Origin: a virus
IMG/VR virus record: IMGVR_UViG_3300031914_000001
Span: 1-29,307 of that record
Strand: one strand, 5' to 3'
Length of the DNA: 29,307 bases
Numbering within the stretch: position 1 is the stretch's first letter; each line of letters starts with the position of its first letter. This document shows positions 16,251 through 24,066 of the stretch, in pieces. The notes under the pieces were generated by a model that did not search any database, was not told the DNA's origin, and saw only the letters and a program-made list of their open reading frames with translations. Both the position numbers and the translations under genes were made by a program.

Positions 16251-17162
16251 ATGCCCATCAGTACACTTGCAAGCGCACGCGATTTCGAAGAGAAGGATCA
16301 CGCCGAAGTCGAGTTCGTCGGTTTTCGGTACGTCGGCGACCAGTCCACGAAGACGGACCACGACATCCGGCAGCGCGTCGGGTACAACGGTCCGGCCAAG
16401 TTCCAGGCCGGTCGCGTCTACCTGGCGCTGCTGCCGACCTACCTCGATCCGAACCACGTCGAGAACAGCAACATCGGCGTCCACGCCCTGGAGTCGCGCA
16501 ACGACTTTGAGGTAATCTACGACGCCAAGCGACTCGCCGAGGCGCTACTCGAGCGGAACTACCTCCCGCCCGAGGCGTTCTACGAAGGATTCGACCGCTG
16601 GAAGCGCCAGAAGGTCATGGAGAAGCTCGACCTCGACGATGCCGGACGGGTGTTCGAGAAGGACGACGAGGAGCCCTACCGCAACCAGCTCCGAGAGATC
16701 GCCGGCGTCGAGGCCGACGACGAGGTGTCGGTCTCCACGCAGCGCTCTGACGAGTACACCGGCCGGTTCTCCCGGTCGGAGGCGTCGGAGATCGTCACCG
16801 TCCTTCGGGAGGCACAGGCACCGGCGCCGCCGTTCGATCCCGGCGAGCACACCATTGGTGAGCTCGAAGAGGAGCTCGACACGGACGAGAACGAGAAGCG
16901 GGATGTCGACTCACTCAACGCCCTCTACCGGGCTGAGCGCCTCGGCGACGACCGCACGGGAGCCCGCGACGTGATCGAGGACGTGCTCGGCGACGATCTC
17001 GAGCCCGTCGATGTCGAGATCGACCTGGAGAGCGCCGGGCTCACTGACATGGCCGACTTCCTCACCCGGTTCGACCCGGCGACGGTCGAGACCGCAGCCG
17101 ACGTCGTCAACGGCGACACCGAGATCTCCGAACTCGAGGTCACCGACGGCAGCGAGGACTGA
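16251..17162 (+). CDS. Hypothetical head-associated protein with small helical domain
   Basis: 303-aa acidic ORF; segment PFDPGEHTIGELEEEL...AERLGDDRTGARDVIE. Confidence 0.7.
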   Translation: MPISTLASARDFEEKDHAEVEFVGFRYVGDQSTKTDHDIRQRVGYNGPAKFQAGRVYLALLPTYLDPNHVENSNIGVHALESRNDFEVIYDAKRLAEALLERNYLPPEAFYEGFDRWKRQKVMEKLDLDDAGRVFEKDDEEPYRNQLREIAGVEADDEVSVSTQRSDEYTGRFSRSEASEIVTVLREAQAPAPPFDPGEHTIGELEEELDTDENEKRDVDSLNALYRAERLGDDRTGARDVIEDVLGDDLEPVDVEIDLESAGLTDMADFLTRFDPATVETAADVVNGDTEISELEVTDGSED

Positions 17163-17168
17163 CGTTTG

Positions 17169-17879
17169 ATGTCCACCGCCGCTGACCCGATCCGGTACGC
17201 CACCGCAAACGAGGTCCTGCTGGCGCTCGATCCCGACACGGATCCGGCAACGGTACCCGAGCACACTCGTGACCGGGCGATCAAGCGCGCAGCGAGCGCG
17301 ACCGAGAAGTGGGTCAACCGCACCGGGCGGGCATTCCATCCCGTGCGTGTCGGCGCCGTCGACGAGCCTCGCAGCTGGGAAGTCCACGACGTTCAGGACG
17401 CGAGCTCGTGGTCGCCGGCGACGGTCATCCTCGACAACGCTCGGCCGATGCCACTCGATCCTGCCGAGGGTGACGCCATCGAGATCCGCTCAGGGCGCAG
17501 CCAGTGGGACGACGTCACCGACGAGGAGGGCGACGCGTGGGCGCTCGACTACCGGCGTCGACGCCTCCGAGTGTTCGAGCGCCGGCTCGCCATCTCGCGC
17601 CGCGACGATCCGAACACGAGCTTTGTCCGGCTGACCTACCGGTACGGCCCGCTCGGCGAGGAAGTGCAGATCAACGCGGACAACGTCGTCGAGAGCGCGC
17701 CGCCGGACGTCCGCGAGGCGGTCGCGGCGAAAGCGGCGTCGATGCTCGCACTCAGCGACAACACGGCGCTCGACATCCCCGACAACGGCCAGCTGGCGAG
17801 TCGGACCTCGCGGAGTGAGGCGCTGAAGGCGGCCTACGAGGACACGGCCGCCGAGTACAGCGGGTTCTCATCGTTATGA
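17169..17879 (+). CDS. Head-tail adaptor (gp15/gp6-like)
   Basis: RYATANEV at the N-terminus, VRLTYRYG...PPDVREAVAAKAA near the C-terminus; position after the capsid cluster. Confidence 0.7.
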   Translation: MSTAADPIRYATANEVLLALDPDTDPATVPEHTRDRAIKRAASATEKWVNRTGRAFHPVRVGAVDEPRSWEVHDVQDASSWSPATVILDNARPMPLDPAEGDAIEIRSGRSQWDDVTDEEGDAWALDYRRRRLRVFERRLAISRRDDPNTSFVRLTYRYGPLGEEVQINADNVVESAPPDVREAVAAKAASMLALSDNTALDIPDNGQLASRTSRSEALKAAYEDTAAEYSGFSSL

Positions 17880-18172
17880 CGCCACCCAATCGCCCCTACC
17901 GTGCGCTCCGCGCCGGCGTCGGCGCCAGCGTGATCGCGGTGGTCGTCGCGCTGTGGGCACACGGTCAGCTGACCGGTGACGAGCTCGGGACGCTTTGGGA
18001 GGTCGTCGTCCTCGCGATCATCCTCGCCGGGGGCTACTCGGTGTTCGGCCACTCGACGATGAGCGCCGCCGTCGACGACGCCCAGGAGCTCGCCGACGGG
18101 GCGGACGATGAGGAGGGTGATGGGCAACCAGGGGTCGCAGAGACGCCCGAGACCGATCCGCGGGGCGAGTGA
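17876..18172 (+). CDS. Small 2-TM membrane protein (holin-like candidate)
   Basis: Hydrophobic GVGASVIAVVVALWA and LWEVVVLAIILAGGYSVF segments, acidic tail. Confidence 0.65.
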   Translation: MTPPNRPYRALRAGVGASVIAVVVALWAHGQLTGDELGTLWEVVVLAIILAGGYSVFGHSTMSAAVDDAQELADGADDEEGDGQPGVAETPETDPRGE

Positions 18173-18624
18173 TGACCTCGCTCCCGAACTTCGTCGAGGA
18201 CGCGCGTGAGGAGGTTCTCGACAAGCTCGAGGAGTACGCCCGCGAGGAGATCGCGCCGCAGGTTCAGGCTCACGCCCACGAGATTCTCGAAGCGTACGGC
18301 AGTGAGCACGATTACGACGTCAAGCCGATCATCGAGGCGGGCGAGACGGAGATCGTCCGGCGCGGCGACCGTGTCGTTGTTCGATTCGGATGGCCTGAGC
18401 CGGCGATCTACTTCGAGCGCGGCACGGTCGAGCACGTCGTCGAAGCGAAGAACGCCGACGCGCTGTCGTTCGTCTGGGAAGATCCACCCGAGTGGGTCCG
18501 TGAAGAGTTCGAACCCGAAGACGACGGCTACCGCGTGTACCTGCAGAAGGTAGAGGTCTCTGGCCTCCCCGAGTCCCGGTTCATCCGAGACACACTCAAC
18601 TGGTTACAGGCTCAGTTCCGATGA
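18172..18624 (+). CDS. Neck protein, HK97 gp10-like
   Basis: AIYFERGTVEHVVEAKNADALSFVW...GLPESRFIR matches the gp10-like pattern. Confidence 0.7.
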   Translation: MTSLPNFVEDAREEVLDKLEEYAREEIAPQVQAHAHEILEAYGSEHDYDVKPIIEAGETEIVRRGDRVVVRFGWPEPAIYFERGTVEHVVEAKNADALSFVWEDPPEWVREEFEPEDDGYRVYLQKVEVSGLPESRFIRDTLNWLQAQFR

Positions 18625-19139
18625 GACACGAGATACAATTCCTCCTCGAGGACGTCCTCGGCCCGGTCGCCGACGCCCAACCGGAGGATCACCCACTGTT
18701 CCGCGTCAACCGGGACACGTCGACGGTCTACGAGACGGACGAAACGCTCGACATGCAGACGCCGATCCAGACGCGGAAGAAGCAGCTGCAGCGAGCCAAC
18801 TTCGTCGGCGTCGCGAGCGAGACGACCAACCCGACACCGGTCGGGCCCGGACGACGGTACGACCTCCAGACGGCGGTGTCGATTCGACTAGAGGGGCTGT
18901 CGGCGGCCAAGCGCGGGCACATCGAGCATCCGTCTACCGACGGCGTCCCGTTCGAAGCACCCTTCCGGAGCGTGTTCGACGCCGTCCAGGGCGCGATGTC
19001 GTACCCCGACGTCGGGCGCCCCGGCGTGTCGTATCGCGACCTCACGATCACAAACGTCGACGACGCGCAGTCCGAGCACTCGGACTTCTACCGCGCCGAG
19101 TTCGACGTGCTGCTCCGCGGCTACACGGATACACCATGA
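18621..19139 (+). CDS. Tail terminator/completion protein (probable)
   Basis: Position between the gp10-like gene and the tail tube; C-terminal FYRAEFDVLLRGY beta strand. Confidence 0.55.
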   Translation: MRHEIQFLLEDVLGPVADAQPEDHPLFRVNRDTSTVYETDETLDMQTPIQTRKKQLQRANFVGVASETTNPTPVGPGRRYDLQTAVSIRLEGLSAAKRGHIEHPSTDGVPFEAPFRSVFDAVQGAMSYPDVGRPGVSYRDLTITNVDDAQSEHSDFYRAEFDVLLRGYTDTP

Positions 19140-19176
19140 CAGAATCCATTCATACGATAACCCGAGGTGAACAGTA

Positions 19177-20094
19177 GTGCCTGGCGCAGGGTCTGCAGAA
19201 GTGGCCTTCACGCCGGAGCCCGAGTTCGGCGCCGGGCCGGGAGCTGATCCAACGTGGATCCAACCCGGCATCGACGTCGCCGTTTCGGACCTCTCGGTTC
19301 AGCAGGCACTCGAACGCAGTCGCCACCCAGACAGCCCGCTTCCCGCTGGCTCCCGGCCGCGTGACTTCGAGGGTGGGATCGGCCTCGAGTTCACGCTCAC
19401 CGACGCCAACTGGCACGATCTCGTGTTCGCGAACGGCGGGACCGCACTCCCGACGTCGACCACGACGGCGCCGTCGTCGGCGTGGTACTTCGCGACCACA
19501 CTTCCCGACGGGACGGTCGAGCCGCGGACGCCGACCGGGACGATCATCACCGACGCGGAGGTCGTCTACGAGCGTGCTTCGGACATCCGCGTGTCGTTGA
19601 CCGGGATCTACGGCTTCGAGCCGGACGACGTCACGGCGCCGGCCGATGGGGCGATCCAGCAGCCGTCTGACGAGGACGCGTTCAGCTATCACGGCGCGAC
19701 CTTCTCGGTCGACGGTCTGAACCAGCCGCTGATGCAGTCGACGACGATCTCGCTGGCCGGGCTCTCGCGCTTCCGTCGGGGGCAGGGCCGGCATCCGTAC
19801 GATGCAGTTACGGGGGCTATTGAGCCGGCATTCAGTACGGATGCCATCTTCACCGAGCGTGACCAGCTCGCCGCGGCCGTCGACGATGTCGACATGAGTG
19901 ACTACGAACAGATCGGCAAGGTACCCGGCTCCGTGACGTTCGAGAACGGGCAGGGCGACACGATCGAGTACGCCCTCTCTGACCTTCAGCCGACGTCGTA
20001 CAACTGGTCGAATCTCGTTGCCGCCGACACCAGCCTCTCCGAGCCGATCGATTGGCACGTTACGGACATCACGCCGACCGTCACCACCGCCTAA
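19177..20094 (+). CDS. Major tail tube protein
   Basis: 305 aa, beta-rich, N-terminal GAGSAEVAFxxExxFG, directly before the chaperone and tape-measure genes. Confidence 0.8.
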   Translation: MPGAGSAEVAFTPEPEFGAGPGADPTWIQPGIDVAVSDLSVQQALERSRHPDSPLPAGSRPRDFEGGIGLEFTLTDANWHDLVFANGGTALPTSTTTAPSSAWYFATTLPDGTVEPRTPTGTIITDAEVVYERASDIRVSLTGIYGFEPDDVTAPADGAIQQPSDEDAFSYHGATFSVDGLNQPLMQSTTISLAGLSRFRRGQGRHPYDAVTGAIEPAFSTDAIFTERDQLAAAVDDVDMSDYEQIGKVPGSVTFENGQGDTIEYALSDLQPTSYNWSNLVAADTSLSEPIDWHVTDITPTVTTA

Positions 20095-20606
20095 TGCTTA
20101 CCACCCAGACACTCACCGTCGACGATGCACGCGCAGAGCTCACTGAAGGGATCGAGGCGCTCGAGGATGCACTCGACGGCCTCGACGAGGACACCGACGA
20201 CGCAGCCGTGATCCGTGACCGGAAAAGCACGCTCACCTACTGGCGAAACGGTCTCGACTGGCAGACGTCGGAGGGAGACTGGACCACCGACACAGAGCTC
20301 ACCGTCGGCGCGATGAACGCCGGCGAGGAGGCGATGATGCACCGCGAGGTGCCCGAGCAGGCCGGTCAGGATGAGTTCCGGATCTGGTTCGTCGCTGCGA
20401 GCGTCGAGGCTGGGCCGTTCGTCGAGGACGACCTGAATGAGACGTTCGCGAACGCGGCCTGTCTGCATCCTGCGGTTGTGAAGTGGCTCGAGGCGAAGGC
20501 GAACGGTCTCGGAACGGCGAGCGACGAGGGAAACGGATCCAGCAAGTCATCGTCGGCGACCGACAGCGAGGCGACCTCAGCCCAGCCGCCCGACTCGACT
20601 ACCTGA
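20094..20606 (+). CDS. Tail assembly chaperone (gpG-like)
   Basis: TAATG-coupled to the tail tube gene; contains the in-frame slippery heptamer. Confidence 0.8.
   Translation: MLTTQTLTVDDARAELTEGIEALEDALDGLDEDTDDAAVIRDRKSTLTYWRNGLDWQTSEGDWTTDTELTVGAMNAGEEAMMHREVPEQAGQDEFRIWFVAASVEAGPFVEDDLNETFANAACLHPAVVKWLEAKANGLGTASDEGNGSSKSSSATDSEATSAQPPDSTT
20528..20534 (+). promoter_or_regulatory. Programmed -1 ribosomal frameshift site G GGA AAC
   Basis: X XXY YYZ heptamer correctly phased (GAG|GGA|AAC); the -1 frame is open to 20710. Confidence 0.8.
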
Positions 20607-20710
20607 TCGTCGTGGCACTCGCCCACGGCATGTCGTACGATGAGGCGCTCTCGACGCCGACGCCGTACCTCGAACTGCTTGCTGACTACGCCGCCCAACA
20701 CCCACTATGA
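20528..20710 (+). CDS. -1 frame extension of the tail chaperone (gpT-like; fusion spans 20094-20710)
   Basis: GKRIQQVIVGDRQRGDLSPAARLDYLIVVALAHGMSYDEALSTPTPYLELL...; its stop overlaps the next ATG (ATGA). Confidence 0.75.
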   Translation, partial: GKRIQQVIVGDRQRGDLSPAARLDYLIVVALAHGMSYDEALSTPTPYLELLADYAAQHPL

Positions 20711-21843
20711 GTGATTTTGGCACGCTAGCCGAGCTCGACCTCGTCGTCTCCGATGAGTCGCTTCGGAACGTCCAGAAGCAGATCGAGTCGGAGCTCGGCG
20801 CCGTCGAGATCGGCGTGACAGACGGCGGGGCAATGTCTGCCCAGGCGGGCGGTAGTGGTGGCGCCGGTGCGTCCCGACGTGGGCGGCAGTCCTTCCAGAT
20901 GGAGCGCACGCGGACGGACCTCCTCGAGGAGGCAGTCATCTACCTCGAAGAGATCGAAGACAAGGTCGGCGGTGGTGACGGTGGCGGCGCCGGCGGGGTC
21001 TTCACGGAGCTGCTCGGCGTCGCTGGTGAGACTGCTGGCGATGCAGCGATCGAGACTGGTGGAACGGTCGCCGACGCGATCACGGACGTGCTGACGGGGA
21101 CGGCTGCGACCGCACTGGGGAACACGATCAGCTCTGCGATCACGAACTCGACGGTGACGGTCGAGGACACGACACTCACCGTCAAACGCCCCGGGTGGCT
21201 CGACGAGCTCACCGGTCGCAACATCGAGTTCACGCCGACGGTCAAGCCGACGTTCGAGGCCCCTGATCTCGACCTCGGGCCGGACATCAACCTCGGCGTG
21301 CCCGACACGGTCGCCGTCAACCGCGATCCACTGCCGGTACAGCGTGACCCGCTTCCAGTGGACCGCGACCCGCTGCCTGTACAACGTGACCCACTACCGG
21401 TGGATCGTGAGCCGCTGCCTGTCGAAGCGGTCGGTCCGATCACGGTGGACGTCCAGGCTCATGGCGCAGGGTCAGCCTCGACAGAGTCGAACAGCGACTC
21501 GTCTGGAGGCATCCAGTTGGGTGGTGATAACGGCATCACGGTTGGGAACGGCGGCATCCAAGTCGGCGGCGACCGCGGGATCACGATCGGTCGCAACCCC
21601 GGCGATCCAACGGGAACACAGTCCAACGGATCGCAGACGTCATCCGCAGCAGGGAGGGAGGTGACGGTCACCCACTCTCCGACCTACCGCGTGGACGTCG
21701 ATCCGCGCCGGCTCGACTCGTTCGCCGACCGGATCGTCTCCAAGATCGAGGATGGCGTGCAGCGTGACCTCGACAAGCTCGAAGACACCGTCGAGGAACT
21801 CCAGCGCGACCTCACCGCGCTCGAACGCGACATCACACAGTGA
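20707..21843 (+). CDS. Tape measure protein candidate (short, 378 aa)
   Basis: Canonical position after the frameshifted chaperone; G/A/T-rich helical N-terminal half, coiled-coil C-terminus. Confidence 0.6.
   Translation: MSDFGTLAELDLVVSDESLRNVQKQIESELGAVEIGVTDGGAMSAQAGGSGGAGASRRGRQSFQMERTRTDLLEEAVIYLEEIEDKVGGGDGGGAGGVFTELLGVAGETAGDAAIETGGTVADAITDVLTGTAATALGNTISSAITNSTVTVEDTTLTVKRPGWLDELTGRNIEFTPTVKPTFEAPDLDLGPDINLGVPDTVAVNRDPLPVQRDPLPVDRDPLPVQRDPLPVDREPLPVEAVGPITVDVQAHGAGSASTESNSDSSGGIQLGGDNGITVGNGGIQVGGDRGITIGRNPGDPTGTQSNGSQTSSAAGREVTVTHSPTYRVDVDPRRLDSFADRIVSKIEDGVQRDLDKLEDTVEELQRDLTALERDITQ
21316..21420 (+). repeat. 5 x 21-bp coding tandem repeat V(N/Q/D)R(D/E)PLP
   Basis: VNRDPLP VQRDPLP VDRDPLP VQRDPLP VDREPLP, with varied synonymous codons. 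Confidence 0.95.
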
Positions 21844-21856
21844 CGCTTGGACCGAG

Positions 21857-21864
21857 CCTTATGC
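21857..21864 (+). promoter_or_regulatory. Candidate TATA box (CCTTATGC) for the 21888 gene
   Basis: About 27 nt upstream of ATG 21888, the spacing expected for a leaderless haloarchaeal transcript. Confidence 0.4.
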
Positions 21865-21887
21865 CCCTACAGCACCCCGTTTCAAGT

Positions 21888-22163
21888 ATGAACCAGAGCG
21901 CCACTCGGGCCGTCATCGGCGCCGGCGTCATCCTCGCCGCGCTGATCGTTCACCTGCGACTGGTGAGCTCGACGGCCACCCTGTCGGCGGTCGTGCTCGT
22001 CGCCGTGACGAGCGGCGTGACGGCGATGGTCGTCAGCGCGCATGCGTCTGAGCGTGATGCCCACCTCACCGAGATTCGTGGGACGCTCGCTCGGATCCGC
22101 GAAGACCAGCTCCGCGCGAAAAAGCAATCTGAAGCACTGGTCGTCGACGACCCGGACGACTGA
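21888..22163 (+). CDS. Small 2-TM membrane protein with coiled-coil tail (moron-like)
   Basis: MNQSATRAVIGAGVILAALIVHL...LSAVVLVAVTSGVTAMVV. Confidence 0.65.
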   Translation: MNQSATRAVIGAGVILAALIVHLRLVSSTATLSAVVLVAVTSGVTAMVVSAHASERDAHLTEIRGTLARIREDQLRAKKQSEALVVDDPDD

Positions 22164-22206
22164 CTCCCGCCGCGCGACGGTCACCGCGCACCGTTTTCAG
22201 ACACAC

Positions 22207-22875
22207 ATGCCACTACACGATAGAGCCGTCCTAGAGGTATCAGCGTTCGACCGGACGGGCGTCTTCGAGTTCCGAGAGCACGAGCCCAACCGCGAGCTCA
22301 CTCACGACTACCTCGTCGGCGGACGGGGCCAAGTCCTCAGCGAGCTGTACTCGCAAGCCTCTGATCTCGACCCGATCGACATCCTCCCGGACGCCGATCT
22401 CGACCGCCGGGCGGGTTTCCACCTGGACGCCGGGGCAGGGCGCGACCAGTTCAACTACACTGCGAAGGCCGGCACCGGGGACGAGGATCTCCGCTGGGGA
22501 GACGGCTCCAGCGCTGCCGGCGAGGCGAACGTCTACGACGCCGAAGGCGACGTCCCACCGAACACGAAGCGAGACGTGCTGTTTCGGTGGCTCGCGGAGG
22601 CGCGGACCGACTCCGGCGGCCAACTGCTTCTCTACACGGGCGAGTGGTCGGACGGGACTTACGCGTCTGAGGCAGGCGTGTACAACGAACCAATACCGGT
22701 TGCGTTGCTGTCTGTTCGGACGGAGAGCTCGACCGACGATCCGTCCGTTGTCTCGTACACCTTCGAGATGGAGAAGACGACGATCGTCCCCGACGTCGAC
22801 GAGCTCATCGACGACTTCACCGACGCCGCAGCAACGGCCGTCGACCAGCTCGGCGACGTCATCAACGACTACTAA
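22207..22875 (+). CDS. Tail-tip protein (distal-tail position)
   Basis: First structural-looking gene after the tape-measure candidate; assignment by position only. Confidence 0.6.
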   Translation: MPLHDRAVLEVSAFDRTGVFEFREHEPNRELTHDYLVGGRGQVLSELYSQASDLDPIDILPDADLDRRAGFHLDAGAGRDQFNYTAKAGTGDEDLRWGDGSSAAGEANVYDAEGDVPPNTKRDVLFRWLAEARTDSGGQLLLYTGEWSDGTYASEAGVYNEPIPVALLSVRTESSTDDPSVVSYTFEMEKTTIVPDVDELIDDFTDAAATAVDQLGDVINDY

Positions 22876-22878
22876 CTC

Positions 22879-24066
22879 ATGACTGCAACCATCTACAAGA
22901 TCCCGATCCCCGAGGCGACCGTCCCGACCGAGCAGGACGCGCTCGGCACGCAACTCTCCGAGCAGGGCGTGCTCGGCAGCGACGCGATCGTCGAGGCGCT
23001 CTCCTCGCAGGCGGCCGACCTCACACTGACCGGGCGATACGCCTATGGGTCGTACTACTCCGAGTTGCTCGCGAACGAGCTCGAAGAGTTGGCCGACTCA
23101 TCGGTGTCGGCGGTGCCGCTGTACGGCGGCGCCGGTAACCGTGCAGGCTACTACCAGATCGAGAGCGCACAAGTCGAGCCCGTCCACGCCGGCGGGCGCG
23201 ACATCTGGGAGTACACGCTCTCGCTCACAAGCGCCGGCACGCGGAAGTCGCAGTTCCAAGCGCTCGAAACGTCGCCCTCGCAGCCCTCGCCGGGACACCC
23301 GTTCGGCAACGAGACGGATGCCCTGGTGGGCGTTCCAGCAGCGGCGCGACTCGTCCGCGCGGTCGACTCGACGTCGTCGCCGACACAGCGAGTGCAGCCG
23401 ACGCCGGTCGAGACGATCTCCACCGAGTTCGGCGACGTCGATCTGTACGACGCGACGGCGCTGTCGATCGACGACCCGGTGTTCATCTACGACGTCGAGA
23501 AGGACGCCCAGCCCGCCGTGGATGTCCGTGTCTACGACACGCGTGGCCGCGACTCGAAGTTCATCGAGAGCGACAGCGGGCGGGTGCGGGCGTGGCAGTC
23601 GGTGTTCGCTCGCGACCACGAATTCACCGGCAGCGTGGTGTTCGAGAACGGCCTCCTCCGCCTCACGATCGACGAGCCAACCAACGCCGACGCCACGGCG
23701 AGCCTCGACGTCGAGGCGTACGACGCCGGCGCCGACAGCTGGTCGGCGGTCGATCTCCCGGCGTACCCCGGCACGCTCGATACGGACTGGCAGCCGGTCG
23801 ACGTCGATCTCGTGCACATCGGACAGGCGTCCGTGCGAGCGCAGGTGGAGTTCGAAGCGGTGGCCGGTGTCGAGGAGGGCGACGTCTACGCGCTCGACGT
23901 CGAGCTGGAGCGCGGGCGCTCAGAGGTGGGGGTGTGGATCCCGGAGAGTGTGAGGGAGGCGATCCCGGCGGACCTACAGACCATGATCGACCCAATTGCA
24001 GCGACGAGTACGGTGGACAGTGGCGTCGAACAGGGGCTTGTGGCGCGTGAGGAGGTGAGACTGTAG
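22879..24066 (+). CDS. Minor tail / baseplate protein
   Basis: 395-aa beta-rich acidic ORF in the tail-tip cluster. Confidence 0.7.
   Translation: MTATIYKIPIPEATVPTEQDALGTQLSEQGVLGSDAIVEALSSQAADLTLTGRYAYGSYYSELLANELEELADSSVSAVPLYGGAGNRAGYYQIESAQVEPVHAGGRDIWEYTLSLTSAGTRKSQFQALETSPSQPSPGHPFGNETDALVGVPAAARLVRAVDSTSSPTQRVQPTPVETISTEFGDVDLYDATALSIDDPVFIYDVEKDAQPAVDVRVYDTRGRDSKFIESDSGRVRAWQSVFARDHEFTGSVVFENGLLRLTIDEPTNADATASLDVEAYDAGADSWSAVDLPAYPGTLDTDWQPVDVDLVHIGQASVRAQVEFEAVAGVEEGDVYALDVELERGRSEVGVWIPESVREAIPADLQTMIDPIAATSTVDSGVEQGLVAREEVRL

Noticed and set aside
1329-16258. Many long minus-strand and alternate-frame ORFs (e.g. 1329-3002, 2564-3982, 9570-10838, 14744-16258)
   Set aside because: Arg/Gly/Val-rich shadows of high-GC plus-strand genes, with no motifs and non-halophilic composition.
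21316-21420. CRISPR or DGR-type repeat
   Set aside because: Contiguous in-frame coding repeats without spacers; no cas or reverse transcriptase gene in the window.
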